The translations under genes were made by a program, and so were the position numbers. From an uncultured Acidobacteriota bacterium (GTDB lineage: Bacteria; Acidobacteriota; Thermoanaerobaculia; Multivoradales; DATKCC01): a DNA stretch of 64,000 nt. The notes under the pieces were generated by a model, which was not told where the DNA came from, did no database searches, and saw only the letters and a list, made by a program, of their open reading frames with translations. The stretch covers positions 289,067-353,066 of the forward strand of contig CAWJLS010000010.1 of NCBI GenBank assembly GCA_963843755.1. The letters run 5' to 3'. Below are positions 1 to 8,609 of this stretch, one piece after another (the stretch's first letter is position 1; each line of letters opens with the position of its first letter).

Positions 1-1154
1 TCGATGCCGGCGAAATGGCTCAGGGGCTCGAACGCCAGACCGCCGACGAGCCCTCCGATGAAGCCGCCGAACCCGCAGGCTTTGAGGTCTTCTCTGGTGT
101 TCTCGCGAACGCCCTGGCCGAGTCCGATCACCAGGCCCATCAGCGCCCAACTTCCGATCCTGAAGAGCAACAGGGCGAGTGGACTGGTGGTCTGGCGAGC
201 GTCCGGAGCTCCGGTCGTGCCGGAGTTCATGGCGATCCTCTCTGTGTAGATCCGGTCGAACACATCGACCAGGTCGTCCGCCCGCTGGACTGGGAAGTAC
301 TGGCCCCCGGTCGGCCGGGCGATGGCCTGGTCGAGGAGGGCGGCATCGACACCCGAGCCCAGACCGATGGTGTAGACGGTGATCGACTCTGCCCGGGCCC
401 GCTCGACGATGGAGGGATCGAACGCGCCGATCCCGTCGGTCAGAAAGATGACGAACCGGTCGCGCGAGGCGGCCGGGTTGGCGTCGAGCGCGCCCACGGC
501 GGCGCTCAGGCCGGCGGTCAGACTGGTTCCGCCGGAGCTGTCGACGGCACTTACTGCCTGTTTGGCCCTGGCGCGCGCGTCCGCGGAGCTCAGGAAGGTC
601 AATGGCAGCAGGACCGTGCCCTGCAGGTCGAAGTCGACGACGGCGACCCGGTCCGTAGGGCTCAGCCGTTCGATGAGCTCCTGGGCCGCGTCCTTCCGTT
701 TGCCCCACGGATCGTTGCCCCAGAACAGGAGTTGACGCATGCTTCCCGACGAGTCGAGGGCGATCGCCAGGTCCGCCGTCGATTGTCCCTGGTAGCGGAT
801 CGGCAGGAGTCCGAAGACGGATTGCCCGAGAGCTCCGCCCAAGGCACCTCCGACGGCTCCGAGAATCAGTCCGAGGGTGAGGCCGTAGGCGAGGAGCTTG
901 GGGCGGTGGAGGATCAGCCCTTCCGTCATTCCCAGGCAGGCGCCCACGGCCAGGCCGTAGCCTCCGAAGTAGAAGGCCATGCGGAGGATGTTCCCCGACA
1001 GGGAGCCGCCGAACCCAGGATCTGTTCCCAGCAACTCCATCAGGGCGAAGCCGACGAAGCCGCCCACGGCGCCGGTGGCGATGAAGTACTTGGATCGAGG
1101 TCTCCTGGCCAAGACGGTCTCCTTCACGAGATGGAGGCTGTCGGCGACCCCCAC
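1..1154 (-). CDS. von Willebrand factor A (vWA) domain membrane protein; 3' end runs off the window
   Basis: Absent from the ORF track because it has no stop inside the window. The reverse-strand frame reads ...DLAIALDSSGSM (MIDAS DxSxS)...SSGGTSLTAG...RDRFVIFLTDGIGAF...ITVYTIGLGSG..., flanked by Gly-rich hydrophobic segments. GC3 is strongly biased. Start is uncertain (GTG at 1154 or 1127, no clear RBS). Confidence 0.8.
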   Translation of the reverse strand, partial: MGVADSLHLVKETVLARRPRSKYFIATGAVGGFVGFALMELLGTDPGFGGSLSGNILRMAFYFGGYGLAVGACLGMTEGLILHRPKLLAYGLTLGLILGAVGGALGGALGQSVFGLLPIRYQGQSTADLAIALDSSGSMRQLLFWGNDPWGKRKDAAQELIERLSPTDRVAVVDFDLQGTVLLPLTFLSSADARARAKQAVSAVDSSGGTSLTAGLSAAVGALDANPAASRDRFVIFLTDGIGAFDPSIVERARAESITVYTIGLGSGVDAALLDQAIARPTGGQYFPVQRADDLVDVFDRIYTERIAMNSGTTGAPDARQTTSPLALLLFRIGSWALMGLVIGLGQGVRENTREDLKACGFGGFIGGLVGGLAFEPLSHFAGI

Positions 1155-1406
1155 TCTCTGTCGACCCGTTTCCTTTCGTGAAGGGTGATCTCTCGAGTGT
1201 CATCGGGAGCCCGGCGCCTACGTCCGGCCGGCGGCGACGTAGTCGGCGGCGAAGCAGAGCGGGCCGGCCAGGCTCCACTCTTCGAGCGGACCGGTCTTCG
1301 GGGTGCCGCCGGTGAAGGTCGCGGGGATGGCGGTGCCCTCCGGGTCCCCTCGCCTCGGCCGTTCCGGCCGTTTCTGCCGTCTCGGTGCGAGGCGGTGGAG
1401 CCGCCG

Positions 1407-4400
1407 TCACGGCCGCATCCCGTACCGCTTCATGTCCCGGGCGGCCGCGCCCAGGTCCCGTTCGGCCCGGCGGAGGTAGGCGCCGGCGTCGAGGGCGTTG
1501 CCCTTGCTGCACGAGGCGGCCATGCCGGCGAACGCCTGGAAGGCGGCGTTCAGATCCTGCTCGAGCGCCTGGTCGGGTGGGTGGAGGGTCTGCGGGTCGT
1601 GGAGGAACTGGTTGATCTGGCCGCTGAGGGTGACGCAGACGATCGGGTTCGGGATCTTGCCCTCGTGGAGGGGGCCGAGGATGTCGCGCAGCGACGCCTT
1701 GAACGGTGCCAGGTCGCGGTTGTAGGTCTGGTACCAGGACGCCATCGTCAGTTGAGAGCTCCGGGAGCGACGGTGGGCGCGGTCGTCGCCGCGGGCCTGG
1801 CGCATCAGCCGCTGGGCGGAGTCGCTCCGCCGCACGATGCCGTCGAGCTCCTGGTCGTAGCGCACGATCTCGGTCGGCCATCCCGAGGGCGCGCTGTCGA
1901 CGCACCAGGTCCAGACGGCGTGGTCGAGCTCGGACACGCTCTGCCCCAAGACCTCCCGGATCACCTGCTCGGTCGACAGGCCGCGGCTGTAGGCCTCGGC
2001 GAAGGCACGGATCGTCTTCACGCCGTGGACGGCTTCCAGGTAGTGGATCACCCAGGCGGACTCGCCGTAGGCCAGGTCGACGAGCTGCGGCTCGGCGAAG
2101 CCTTCGAGGATCGCCTCGATCATGGGCAGCGAGATCACCCGGCCGGTCGCCTCGAGATCCGGGATCGGGTTGACCCGCCCCGGGACCATTTCGACGTGCT
2201 GGGCCAGCCCCTCCTGGAACCAGTCCGGCGCCCGGTCGTAGGTCTCCTGGGCGAGGAGCGCGTGGGCCACCTCGTGGCTCAGCACGCTGACCAGCCGGGG
2301 GTGGAGGCTCTGGAGGTCGGCGAACGGCACCCGCACCCGGCCGTCGTAGAGGCCGAGGACCAGCACGCCGCTCGAGTGGGCGCGCAGGAACCGCTCGAGG
2401 GGGAAGAGGTCGACCTCGATCGGGTGGCCGGGGCGCAGCGGTACCCAGCGGCTGATCCGCTCCCGCTCGGCCTCGAGCACGACGCCGAGCGTCTCGGCGT
2501 AGCTCCGGCTGGTCATCCGCGGGTAGATGATCTCGAAGTGGTCGCTCCAGAAGCGGTCCTGGTTGTCGTAGAGCCACTTCTCGAGGCGGATCTGCTCGAT
2601 GCGGGCGTTGTTGGAGGCGAGCGGCGACAGCGCCGAGGCCTTCTGCAGCAGGCGCAGTGCCGTGTCGAACTCCCGGTCGCTGACGAACAGCTCGGCGAGC
2701 TGGTAGAGGACTCCCGGCGCCGGCCGGCGGCTGTCCATGGAGGCCTTGGCCAGGCGGACCAGGAGCGACCGCGCGTCGGCGCCGCGGGAGGTCTTGCGCA
2801 GGGCGAGCGCCCGGAGCTGACCGAGCACCGCCGGCACCCGGTCGATCTGGTTTTCGATGCCTTCGGTCAGCACCACCAGGTCGTCCCACCGGTCGGCCTC
2901 GGCGAGGGCGGTGGCCGCCTCCAGGATCTGCCGGCGCAGGCGCGGCTGCCCGAAGGCGGTCATCCCCCGGGCCTGGTCGGTCAGGAGGTCGAGGTGCGCC
3001 AGGGCGGCCTCCTGGTCGCGGCGTTTCCATTCCGCCGCGTCCGCCTGCCGGGTGCCGGCCGGGGCCAGCGCGGCGCCGCCGGGGATCTCGATCAGGGCCG
3101 GCTCGTCGGGCGGTCCGACCTCGATCCGGAGCAGCCGGCCGAGGGCGCTGGCCCGGGCGTCCGGCGGCAGGCGGGCGGGGTGGCGGCCGAGGTCTGGGGC
3201 CTCGACGGTCGGCTCGTCGGGCGAGCCGGCGTGGATGATGGGGAAGAGGGTCGCCCGGGCGATCAGCGTCGCCAGCAGCGGGTTGCCGAACAGCTCCGCT
3301 CGCAGGATCGGCCGCTCGGTCCAGGCCTGGCGAAGGACCGCCTCGCCCTCCTTCGCATGGTCGTCGAGCAGGTCGAGCTGAGCCCGGAGATACCAGACCT
3401 CGGCGACCCGTGAGCCCATCTCGGCGAGCTGGATGGTCTCCACCTCGCTCTGGCGCTGGAAGCCCAGGGCCGCCAGGGCGGCGGCGCTTTCGAGCCGCAG
3501 GCCGTCGTGGTCCGGTCCGGCCGTGCGCACCGTGTCGTAGGCCAGGGATGCGTCCTCGTCCGCGCCGCGGGCGGTCGCCAACCGCGCGCGGAGCAGGTCG
3601 GCCAGCGGCACCGGCCCGGGCTCCGGCATGCCGGCGAGGATCGCCTCCGCCTCGTGCAGGTCGACCTGGCGCAGGAGGAGCTGGGCGCGCCAGAGGTCGG
3701 CTACCTGGTGGGGGAGCCCCTCCGGGGCGACCTGGGCGATCGTCTCGCCGAGGGCGCTGGGGTCGCCGTCGGTCGCCAGCTTCCAGCGGATGTCCCGCAG
3801 CATGCCGAGGCGGGTGACCGAGCCCTGCCCGGAGGCGCCGCCCTCGTTTCGTGCGGCGGGATCGCTCGCCGGCGCCTCGGCGGTCCGACCGGCGGTGGGG
3901 TCGTCCCCGGAGGCTCCGGGGGCGCCGCAGGAGAGGGCCAGAACGGCCAGGGCGAGGACCGAGAGCCGGGGCCGGAGCGGCCGGTGCGCCGCGAAACGAG
4001 CGAGGGCCGTCAGGGCGGAGAGGGCCCCGAGGGAGACCAGCAGTCCGATCGGCACGTGCGGGGCGCCGGCGGGGGCCGTCGGCGGACGCGGCGCGAGAGA
4101 GGCGTCGTGGGGGTCGAAGAAGGTCTCCTCGTGGGACGGCGCGGGCTCGGACAGCGACCGGAGCTCGGCGATCCGCCAGCCGCGGCCCCCGAGCGCCTCG
4201 TCCGTCCCGTCCGAGGTCTGCCCGTCCGGAGCCTGGTCGTCGCGCTCCAGGCGGAGCAGCACGGTGTCGTCCGCCCCGGATGGGAAGACGACGTAGAACA
4301 GCGCGACGCTCTTCGGCGTGCCCGGCGCCGGGGTGACCAGTGTCCAGGTGGCGCCGGCGGGCGGGCCGGCGCGGACCTCGATCTCGCGCACCGCCTCGTC

Positions 4401-4649
4401 CGGGGCGAGCCGGCTCCACGGCGACGACGGCGCGAGTCGGTCGCTCCAGGCCTCGCCGCCCTCGGCCAGGTAGCGCGCCACCAGCTCCACCGCGGCGCGC
4501 TCGGTCGCCGAGATCGGGCGTGGCTCGAGCCTGTCGGCGGCCTGCGCCGCCCCTATCGCTGACGCTCCTCCGACGATCCCCACCAAGATGAACGCCGCGA
4601 TCCGGGCGGTCAGCCCGGCGCCGGCGTCGCGCAGTTGCGCTCCCGACAT
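1407..4649 (-). CDS. large membrane-anchored TPR-like / peptidase-MA (gluzincin-type HExxH) family protein
   Basis: ORF 1407..4778. The internal ATG at 4649 is preceded by GAGGAG at 8 nt. Motifs: an N-terminal hydrophobic segment, helical-repeat-like regions, and the zinc motif VLSHEVAHALLAQ...WFQEGLAQHVE (HExxH plus a downstream Glu). Same strand as, and upstream of, the vWA gene. Confidence 0.75.
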   Translation of the reverse strand: MSGAQLRDAGAGLTARIAAFILVGIVGGASAIGAAQAADRLEPRPISATERAAVELVARYLAEGGEAWSDRLAPSSPWSRLAPDEAVREIEVRAGPPAGATWTLVTPAPGTPKSVALFYVVFPSGADDTVLLRLERDDQAPDGQTSDGTDEALGGRGWRIAELRSLSEPAPSHEETFFDPHDASLAPRPPTAPAGAPHVPIGLLVSLGALSALTALARFAAHRPLRPRLSVLALAVLALSCGAPGASGDDPTAGRTAEAPASDPAARNEGGASGQGSVTRLGMLRDIRWKLATDGDPSALGETIAQVAPEGLPHQVADLWRAQLLLRQVDLHEAEAILAGMPEPGPVPLADLLRARLATARGADEDASLAYDTVRTAGPDHDGLRLESAAALAALGFQRQSEVETIQLAEMGSRVAEVWYLRAQLDLLDDHAKEGEAVLRQAWTERPILRAELFGNPLLATLIARATLFPIIHAGSPDEPTVEAPDLGRHPARLPPDARASALGRLLRIEVGPPDEPALIEIPGGAALAPAGTRQADAAEWKRRDQEAALAHLDLLTDQARGMTAFGQPRLRRQILEAATALAEADRWDDLVVLTEGIENQIDRVPAVLGQLRALALRKTSRGADARSLLVRLAKASMDSRRPAPGVLYQLAELFVSDREFDTALRLLQKASALSPLASNNARIEQIRLEKWLYDNQDRFWSDHFEIIYPRMTSRSYAETLGVVLEAERERISRWVPLRPGHPIEVDLFPLERFLRAHSSGVLVLGLYDGRVRVPFADLQSLHPRLVSVLSHEVAHALLAQETYDRAPDWFQEGLAQHVEMVPGRVNPIPDLEATGRVISLPMIEAILEGFAEPQLVDLAYGESAWVIHYLEAVHGVKTIRAFAEAYSRGLSTEQVIREVLGQSVSELDHAVWTWCVDSAPSGWPTEIVRYDQELDGIVRRSDSAQRLMRQARGDDRAHRRSRSSQLTMASWYQTYNRDLAPFKASLRDILGPLHEGKIPNPIVCVTLSGQINQFLHDPQTLHPPDQALEQDLNAAFQAFAGMAASCSKGNALDAGAYLRRAERDLGAAARDMKRYGMRP

Positions 4650-5093
4650 CGCCCCGTCTCCTCGTCGTTTCGGCTCCGTCTCGGTCGACCCGGTGTCGAC
4701 TCCACGAGGACCGGAGCGGCTCGTGCCATGCCGTCCGGGTCTCTCGGATTCCGTCCTCGTGTGACAGTTCTCGACCATACCGTTTCATCCCACCCCTCCG
4801 CCCACCCGTTCGGGTGGCGGTCGGCCCACCCTCCGCCAAACCGCGGAACCTACCCCCGGGGGTATTTGTGAGCACCCCGGTCACTAGGCAGTATGAACGA
4901 GCGCGGAATCGACCCCTCCGGTGGTTCCGGCGACAGCATGACGACGAGCACTCCCACTCCCTCCGTCGTCCCTGGACGAACGCGTTCCGGGGACCAGGCG
5001 AGCTCCTCCGAGCCTGCCGGACGAGGTACACCGAACAGGAGATCGGCGATGCGGAACGAACCGGGACGGACTCCGTCCCAGACGGAGCCCCGC

Positions 5094-5543
5094 ATGGATG
5101 GCGCTGGACGCGGTGCGGCGGCCGCGGCGACGCCGGCTGTGAGCGGGGAACAGATCCACGAGGAGCACCTCCACCTGCGCGCGCTGCTCGAACGGATCGC
5201 GGGCACGCGGGGGCTGGTGCCGCTGCTGGAGCTGCTGGGAGAGCTGGGTGCCGCGCTCGAGGCCCATTTCGCGCACGAGGAGGCCCCCGGCGGCCTCCAG
5301 GACGTCGTCGGTTCTTCGGCGCCGCACCTGCTCGAGCGGGTCGACGTCCTGTTCGACGAGCACCGCCAGTGCCTCGCAGAGCTGGAGCGTCTGCGGAGCG
5401 CCGCCCGGGCGGCCCTGGACGGGCCGGTGGCCGAGGTGCTCGCGGGGGTGGACGATCTCTGCCGCATGCTCCACGACCACGAGGCGGCGGAGACGGAGAT
5501 CCTCTCCGGCTCGCTCTACGACGAGCTCGGAGGGAGCGGCTAG
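5094..5543 (+). CDS. hemerythrin-like (HHE cation-binding) domain protein
   Basis: The C-terminal 130 aa carry H/E-rich four-helix motifs (IHEEHLHL, HFAHEE, DEHRQ, HDHEAAE). ATG 5094 has GGAG 7 nt upstream. The longer ORF start at 4893 encodes S/T/R/P-rich sequence that is unlikely to be real. Confidence 0.6.
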   Translation: MDGAGRGAAAAATPAVSGEQIHEEHLHLRALLERIAGTRGLVPLLELLGELGAALEAHFAHEEAPGGLQDVVGSSAPHLLERVDVLFDEHRQCLAELERLRSAARAALDGPVAEVLAGVDDLCRMLHDHEAAETEILSGSLYDELGGSG

Positions 5544-5649
5544 GGCTTCCCACGGGGACGCGGGAAGCAGAGCCCGGAGCCGGAACCGCACGCGGCCGAC
5601 GGGCCTCTCAACAGAGGAAGGCGAGACGAGACATCAGGTTGGAGACGCG

Positions 5650-7653
5650 ATGAGCAAGAAACCACAAACCACCTCCACTTCGACCCCGGCGAGCGGCGCG
5701 ACCGCCACGGCGGTCGCCCCCACCGAGCGCACGGTCCTCGATCAGTCGATCGTCGAGATCGTCAGCGACTCCGGCGAGGGTGCCCAGAAGGCCGGGCAGA
5801 CGTTCGGCACGGTCGGCGCCAAGATGGGCAACGGCGTCTGGACCGTCGAGATCATCCCGGCCGAGATCAAGCCGCCCGCCCGCTCGCGCGCCGGCGCCTC
5901 CGGCATCCGCGTCCGCCTCGGCTCGCAGCCGGTGACCAACATGGGCGACGAGGCCGACCTGGTGGTCGCCTTCAACGAGCAGGTGCTCTACGGGCGGATC
6001 GCCCAGGGCGCGTACCGGCAGGGGACGGTGGTGCTGCTCGAGTCCAAGTGGGCCGACGACCCGCAGGAGGAGATCCGGCGGCAGTACGCCGAGGCGCTCG
6101 AGGAGCTCCATGCCGAGGGGCTGGACGTGCGCGAGCTGCGGCTCGAGGACGCCTGCAAGGAGGTGGTCGACAACCCGCGCCTGGGCAAGAACATGTTCGT
6201 GCTCGGCCTGCTCTGCCAGATCTACGGCCGCGACCTCCAGAAGGCGCTCGACGAGGTCCAGGTGGTGTTCGGCCGCAAGGGCGAGAAGGTGGTCGAGATC
6301 AACCAGACGCTGGTGCGCGCCGGCTGGGAGTACGCCGCCGAGCAGCTCACCGACCTGGCGTTCGAGATCCCGCCGTGGGAGAACGACCGGCCGCTGGTGG
6401 TGATGAACGGCAACCAGGCCGCCGGTCTCGGCGTCATGGCCGCCGGCATGGAGCTGGTCTCCATGTACCCGATCACCCCGGCGACTTCGGTCTCCCACTA
6501 CCTGGCGCGCGGCTTCCCGCGGGTCGGCGGCGTCGTCCACCAGGCGGAGGACGAGATCGCCGCGATCGGCTTCGCCATCGGCGCCAGCTACGCCGGCAAG
6601 ACCGCCTGCACCGTGACCTCCGGCCCGGGCCTGGCGCTCAAGACCGAGTTCATGGGGCTGGCCGTCATGGCCGAGGTGCCGCTGGTGGTGATCCTGGTCC
6701 AGCGCGGCGGTCCGTCGACCGGCCTGCCGACCAAGGTGGAGCAGGGCGACCTGATGGCCGCGCTCTACGGCGCCACCGGCGACGCCCCGAAGGTGGTGGT
6801 GGCACCGGCGACGATCGAGGAGTGCTACCACTTCGTGCCCATGGCCCGGAAGCTGGCCGAGGACTTCCGCACGCCGGTGATCGTCCTGACCGACACCAAC
6901 CTGGCGACCGGCGTGGCGCCCTTCCCGCGCCCCGAGGTCTCGACCGAGACCATGGCGGCGCCGCTCGACCTGTCGCCCTGGCCGGACGGGCTGGCGCCGT
7001 ACGACTGGGACGAGAAGACCGGCCTGTCGCCGCGGCCGATCCCGGGCCAGAAGGGCGGCGAGTACACCCTCACCGGCCTCGCCCACACCCGCTGGTCGAA
7101 GGTGGCCTACGACCCGGCCTCGAACCAGACCGGCTGTACCATGAGGAGCAGGAAGCTCGCCGCCCTGGCCAAGAGCCTGGTGCCGCCCGAGATCCACGGC
7201 GAGGACGAGGGCGACCTGCTGGTGGTCGGCTGGGGCTCGACCCTGGGCGCCATCGACGAGGCGGTCGAGAGGCTGCAGAAGAAGGGCCACAAGGTCTCGT
7301 CGGTCCACCTGCGCTTCCTGTCGCCGCTCGAGCCCGGCCTGCCGGAGATCTTCGGGCGCTTCGGCAAGGTGATGACGATCGAGATCAACTACAGCGACCG
7401 CCCCGGCGATCCGCTGATCGATTCCGAGACCCGCCGCCACGCCCAGCTCGCCGCCCTGCTGCGGCAGAAGACCCTGCTGGACATCGACAGTTGGAGCGTC
7501 GTCGAGGGGCAGCCCCTGGCGCCGCGGGTGATCGAGGAGGTGCTCCTCGCCCGGCTCGAAGGGCGCGAGGACGCCCCGCTCGAACAGGCTCCGCGCGAGC
7601 AGGCACCGACGAAAGACGAGCAGGAAGAAGGAGAGATGGCATGTTCGGTCTGA
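5650..7653 (+). CDS. korA: 2-oxoglutarate/2-oxoacid:ferredoxin oxidoreductase subunit alpha (fused gamma+alpha domains)
   Basis: MSKKPQT...VSDSGEGAQKAGQTFG (gamma-type domain) followed by MYPITPATSVSHYL...SGPGLALKTEFMGLA...QRGGPSTGLPTK, typical of KorA-type OFORs. RBS GGAGA lies upstream of ATG 5650. The first 134 codons of ORF-track entry 5248..7653 are upstream read-through. Confidence 0.9.
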   Translation: MSKKPQTTSTSTPASGATATAVAPTERTVLDQSIVEIVSDSGEGAQKAGQTFGTVGAKMGNGVWTVEIIPAEIKPPARSRAGASGIRVRLGSQPVTNMGDEADLVVAFNEQVLYGRIAQGAYRQGTVVLLESKWADDPQEEIRRQYAEALEELHAEGLDVRELRLEDACKEVVDNPRLGKNMFVLGLLCQIYGRDLQKALDEVQVVFGRKGEKVVEINQTLVRAGWEYAAEQLTDLAFEIPPWENDRPLVVMNGNQAAGLGVMAAGMELVSMYPITPATSVSHYLARGFPRVGGVVHQAEDEIAAIGFAIGASYAGKTACTVTSGPGLALKTEFMGLAVMAEVPLVVILVQRGGPSTGLPTKVEQGDLMAALYGATGDAPKVVVAPATIEECYHFVPMARKLAEDFRTPVIVLTDTNLATGVAPFPRPEVSTETMAAPLDLSPWPDGLAPYDWDEKTGLSPRPIPGQKGGEYTLTGLAHTRWSKVAYDPASNQTGCTMRSRKLAALAKSLVPPEIHGEDEGDLLVVGWGSTLGAIDEAVERLQKKGHKVSSVHLRFLSPLEPGLPEIFGRFGKVMTIEINYSDRPGDPLIDSETRRHAQLAALLRQKTLLDIDSWSVVEGQPLAPRVIEEVLLARLEGREDAPLEQAPREQAPTKDEQEEGEMACSV

Positions 7654-8594
7654 AGGATGACTGGTCCCTCGACGTCCCGGAGCGCTACTTCACGCTCGAA
7701 AACTACGCCGGCGGCGTGGCGCGCTGGTGCCCGTCCTGCGGCGACCACGCGGTGCTCTCGGCGGTGCAGAAGATCTGCCGCGACGAGCAGCTCCCGCCGG
7801 AGAAGGTGGTGGCGGTCTCGGGGATCGGCTGTTCGAGCCGCTTCCCCCACTACATGAGCACCTACGGCTTCCACGGCCTCCACGGCCGCGCCCTGCCGGT
7901 GGCCTGCGGGGTCAAGAGCCGCCGCCCGGACCTGCACGTCTGGGTCGCCACGGGCGACGGCGACTGCTGCTCGATCGGCGCCGGCCACTGGGTGCACGCG
8001 CTGCGCTACAACATGGACATGACCGTGATGCTGTTCGACAACAACATCTACGGCCTGACCAAGAAGCAGACGTCGCCGACCAGCCCGCTGGGCCTCTCCA
8101 CCAACACCCACCCGCGGGGCGCCTGGCTGCCGCCGCTCAACGTCCTCCAGACGACCCTCGGCTTCACCAACATCTCCTGGGTCGCCCGGACCGTGGACTG
8201 GAACCCGCTCCACCTCTACCAGACTCTCAAGGCGGCCTACGAGCACAAGGGGCTCTCCTTCGTCCACATCCTGCAGCGCTGCCCGACCTACACCGACCAC
8301 ATCTTCGACCAGTGGCGCGACAACCCGGAGAACATGCTGCTGCTCACCCACGACGACGGCATCGAGGCCGATCCGGCGGTCGCCAAGATGTACAAGAACC
8401 ACCTGGAGCACGACCCGTCCGACATCGACGGGGCCCGGCGGCTCGCCGGCGAGACCGAGCGGTTGCCGATCGGCCTGTTCTTCCGCAACCCGGACGCCCC
8501 GATCTACGACGCCTACACCAACGAGGGGCTGTCGATGCCGCTCGAAGAGAAGGTCGCCGGGCTGGAGGCGGAGCTCGACCGCTTCGCCATCTGA
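7641..8594 (+). CDS. korB: 2-oxoglutarate/2-oxoacid:ferredoxin oxidoreductase subunit beta (TPP-binding)
   Basis: MFGLKDDW...RWCPSCGDHAVL...SGIGCSSRFPHY...ATGDGDCCSIGAGH...FDNNIYGLTKKQTSPT. It overlaps the korA stop by 13 nt and has RBS GAAGGAGAG upstream. The first 531 codons of ORF-track entry 6048..8594 are out-of-frame shadow over korA. Confidence 0.9.
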   Translation: MFGLKDDWSLDVPERYFTLENYAGGVARWCPSCGDHAVLSAVQKICRDEQLPPEKVVAVSGIGCSSRFPHYMSTYGFHGLHGRALPVACGVKSRRPDLHVWVATGDGDCCSIGAGHWVHALRYNMDMTVMLFDNNIYGLTKKQTSPTSPLGLSTNTHPRGAWLPPLNVLQTTLGFTNISWVARTVDWNPLHLYQTLKAAYEHKGLSFVHILQRCPTYTDHIFDQWRDNPENMLLLTHDDGIEADPAVAKMYKNHLEHDPSDIDGARRLAGETERLPIGLFFRNPDAPIYDAYTNEGLSMPLEEKVAGLEAELDRFAI

Positions 8595-8609
8595 CCGAGC
8601 GAGGGAGCG

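Noticed and set aside
1185-3413. 742-aa plus-strand ORF (and its nested ORFs)
   Set aside because: It is antisense shadow of the peptidase-MA/TPR gene (1407-4649, minus strand), which has the HExxH motif, an RBS and GC3 bias.
6048-7640. N-terminal 531 codons of ORF 6048..8594
   Set aside because: This is an out-of-frame overlap on korA. The recognisable KorB sequence begins at ATG 7641, which has its own RBS.
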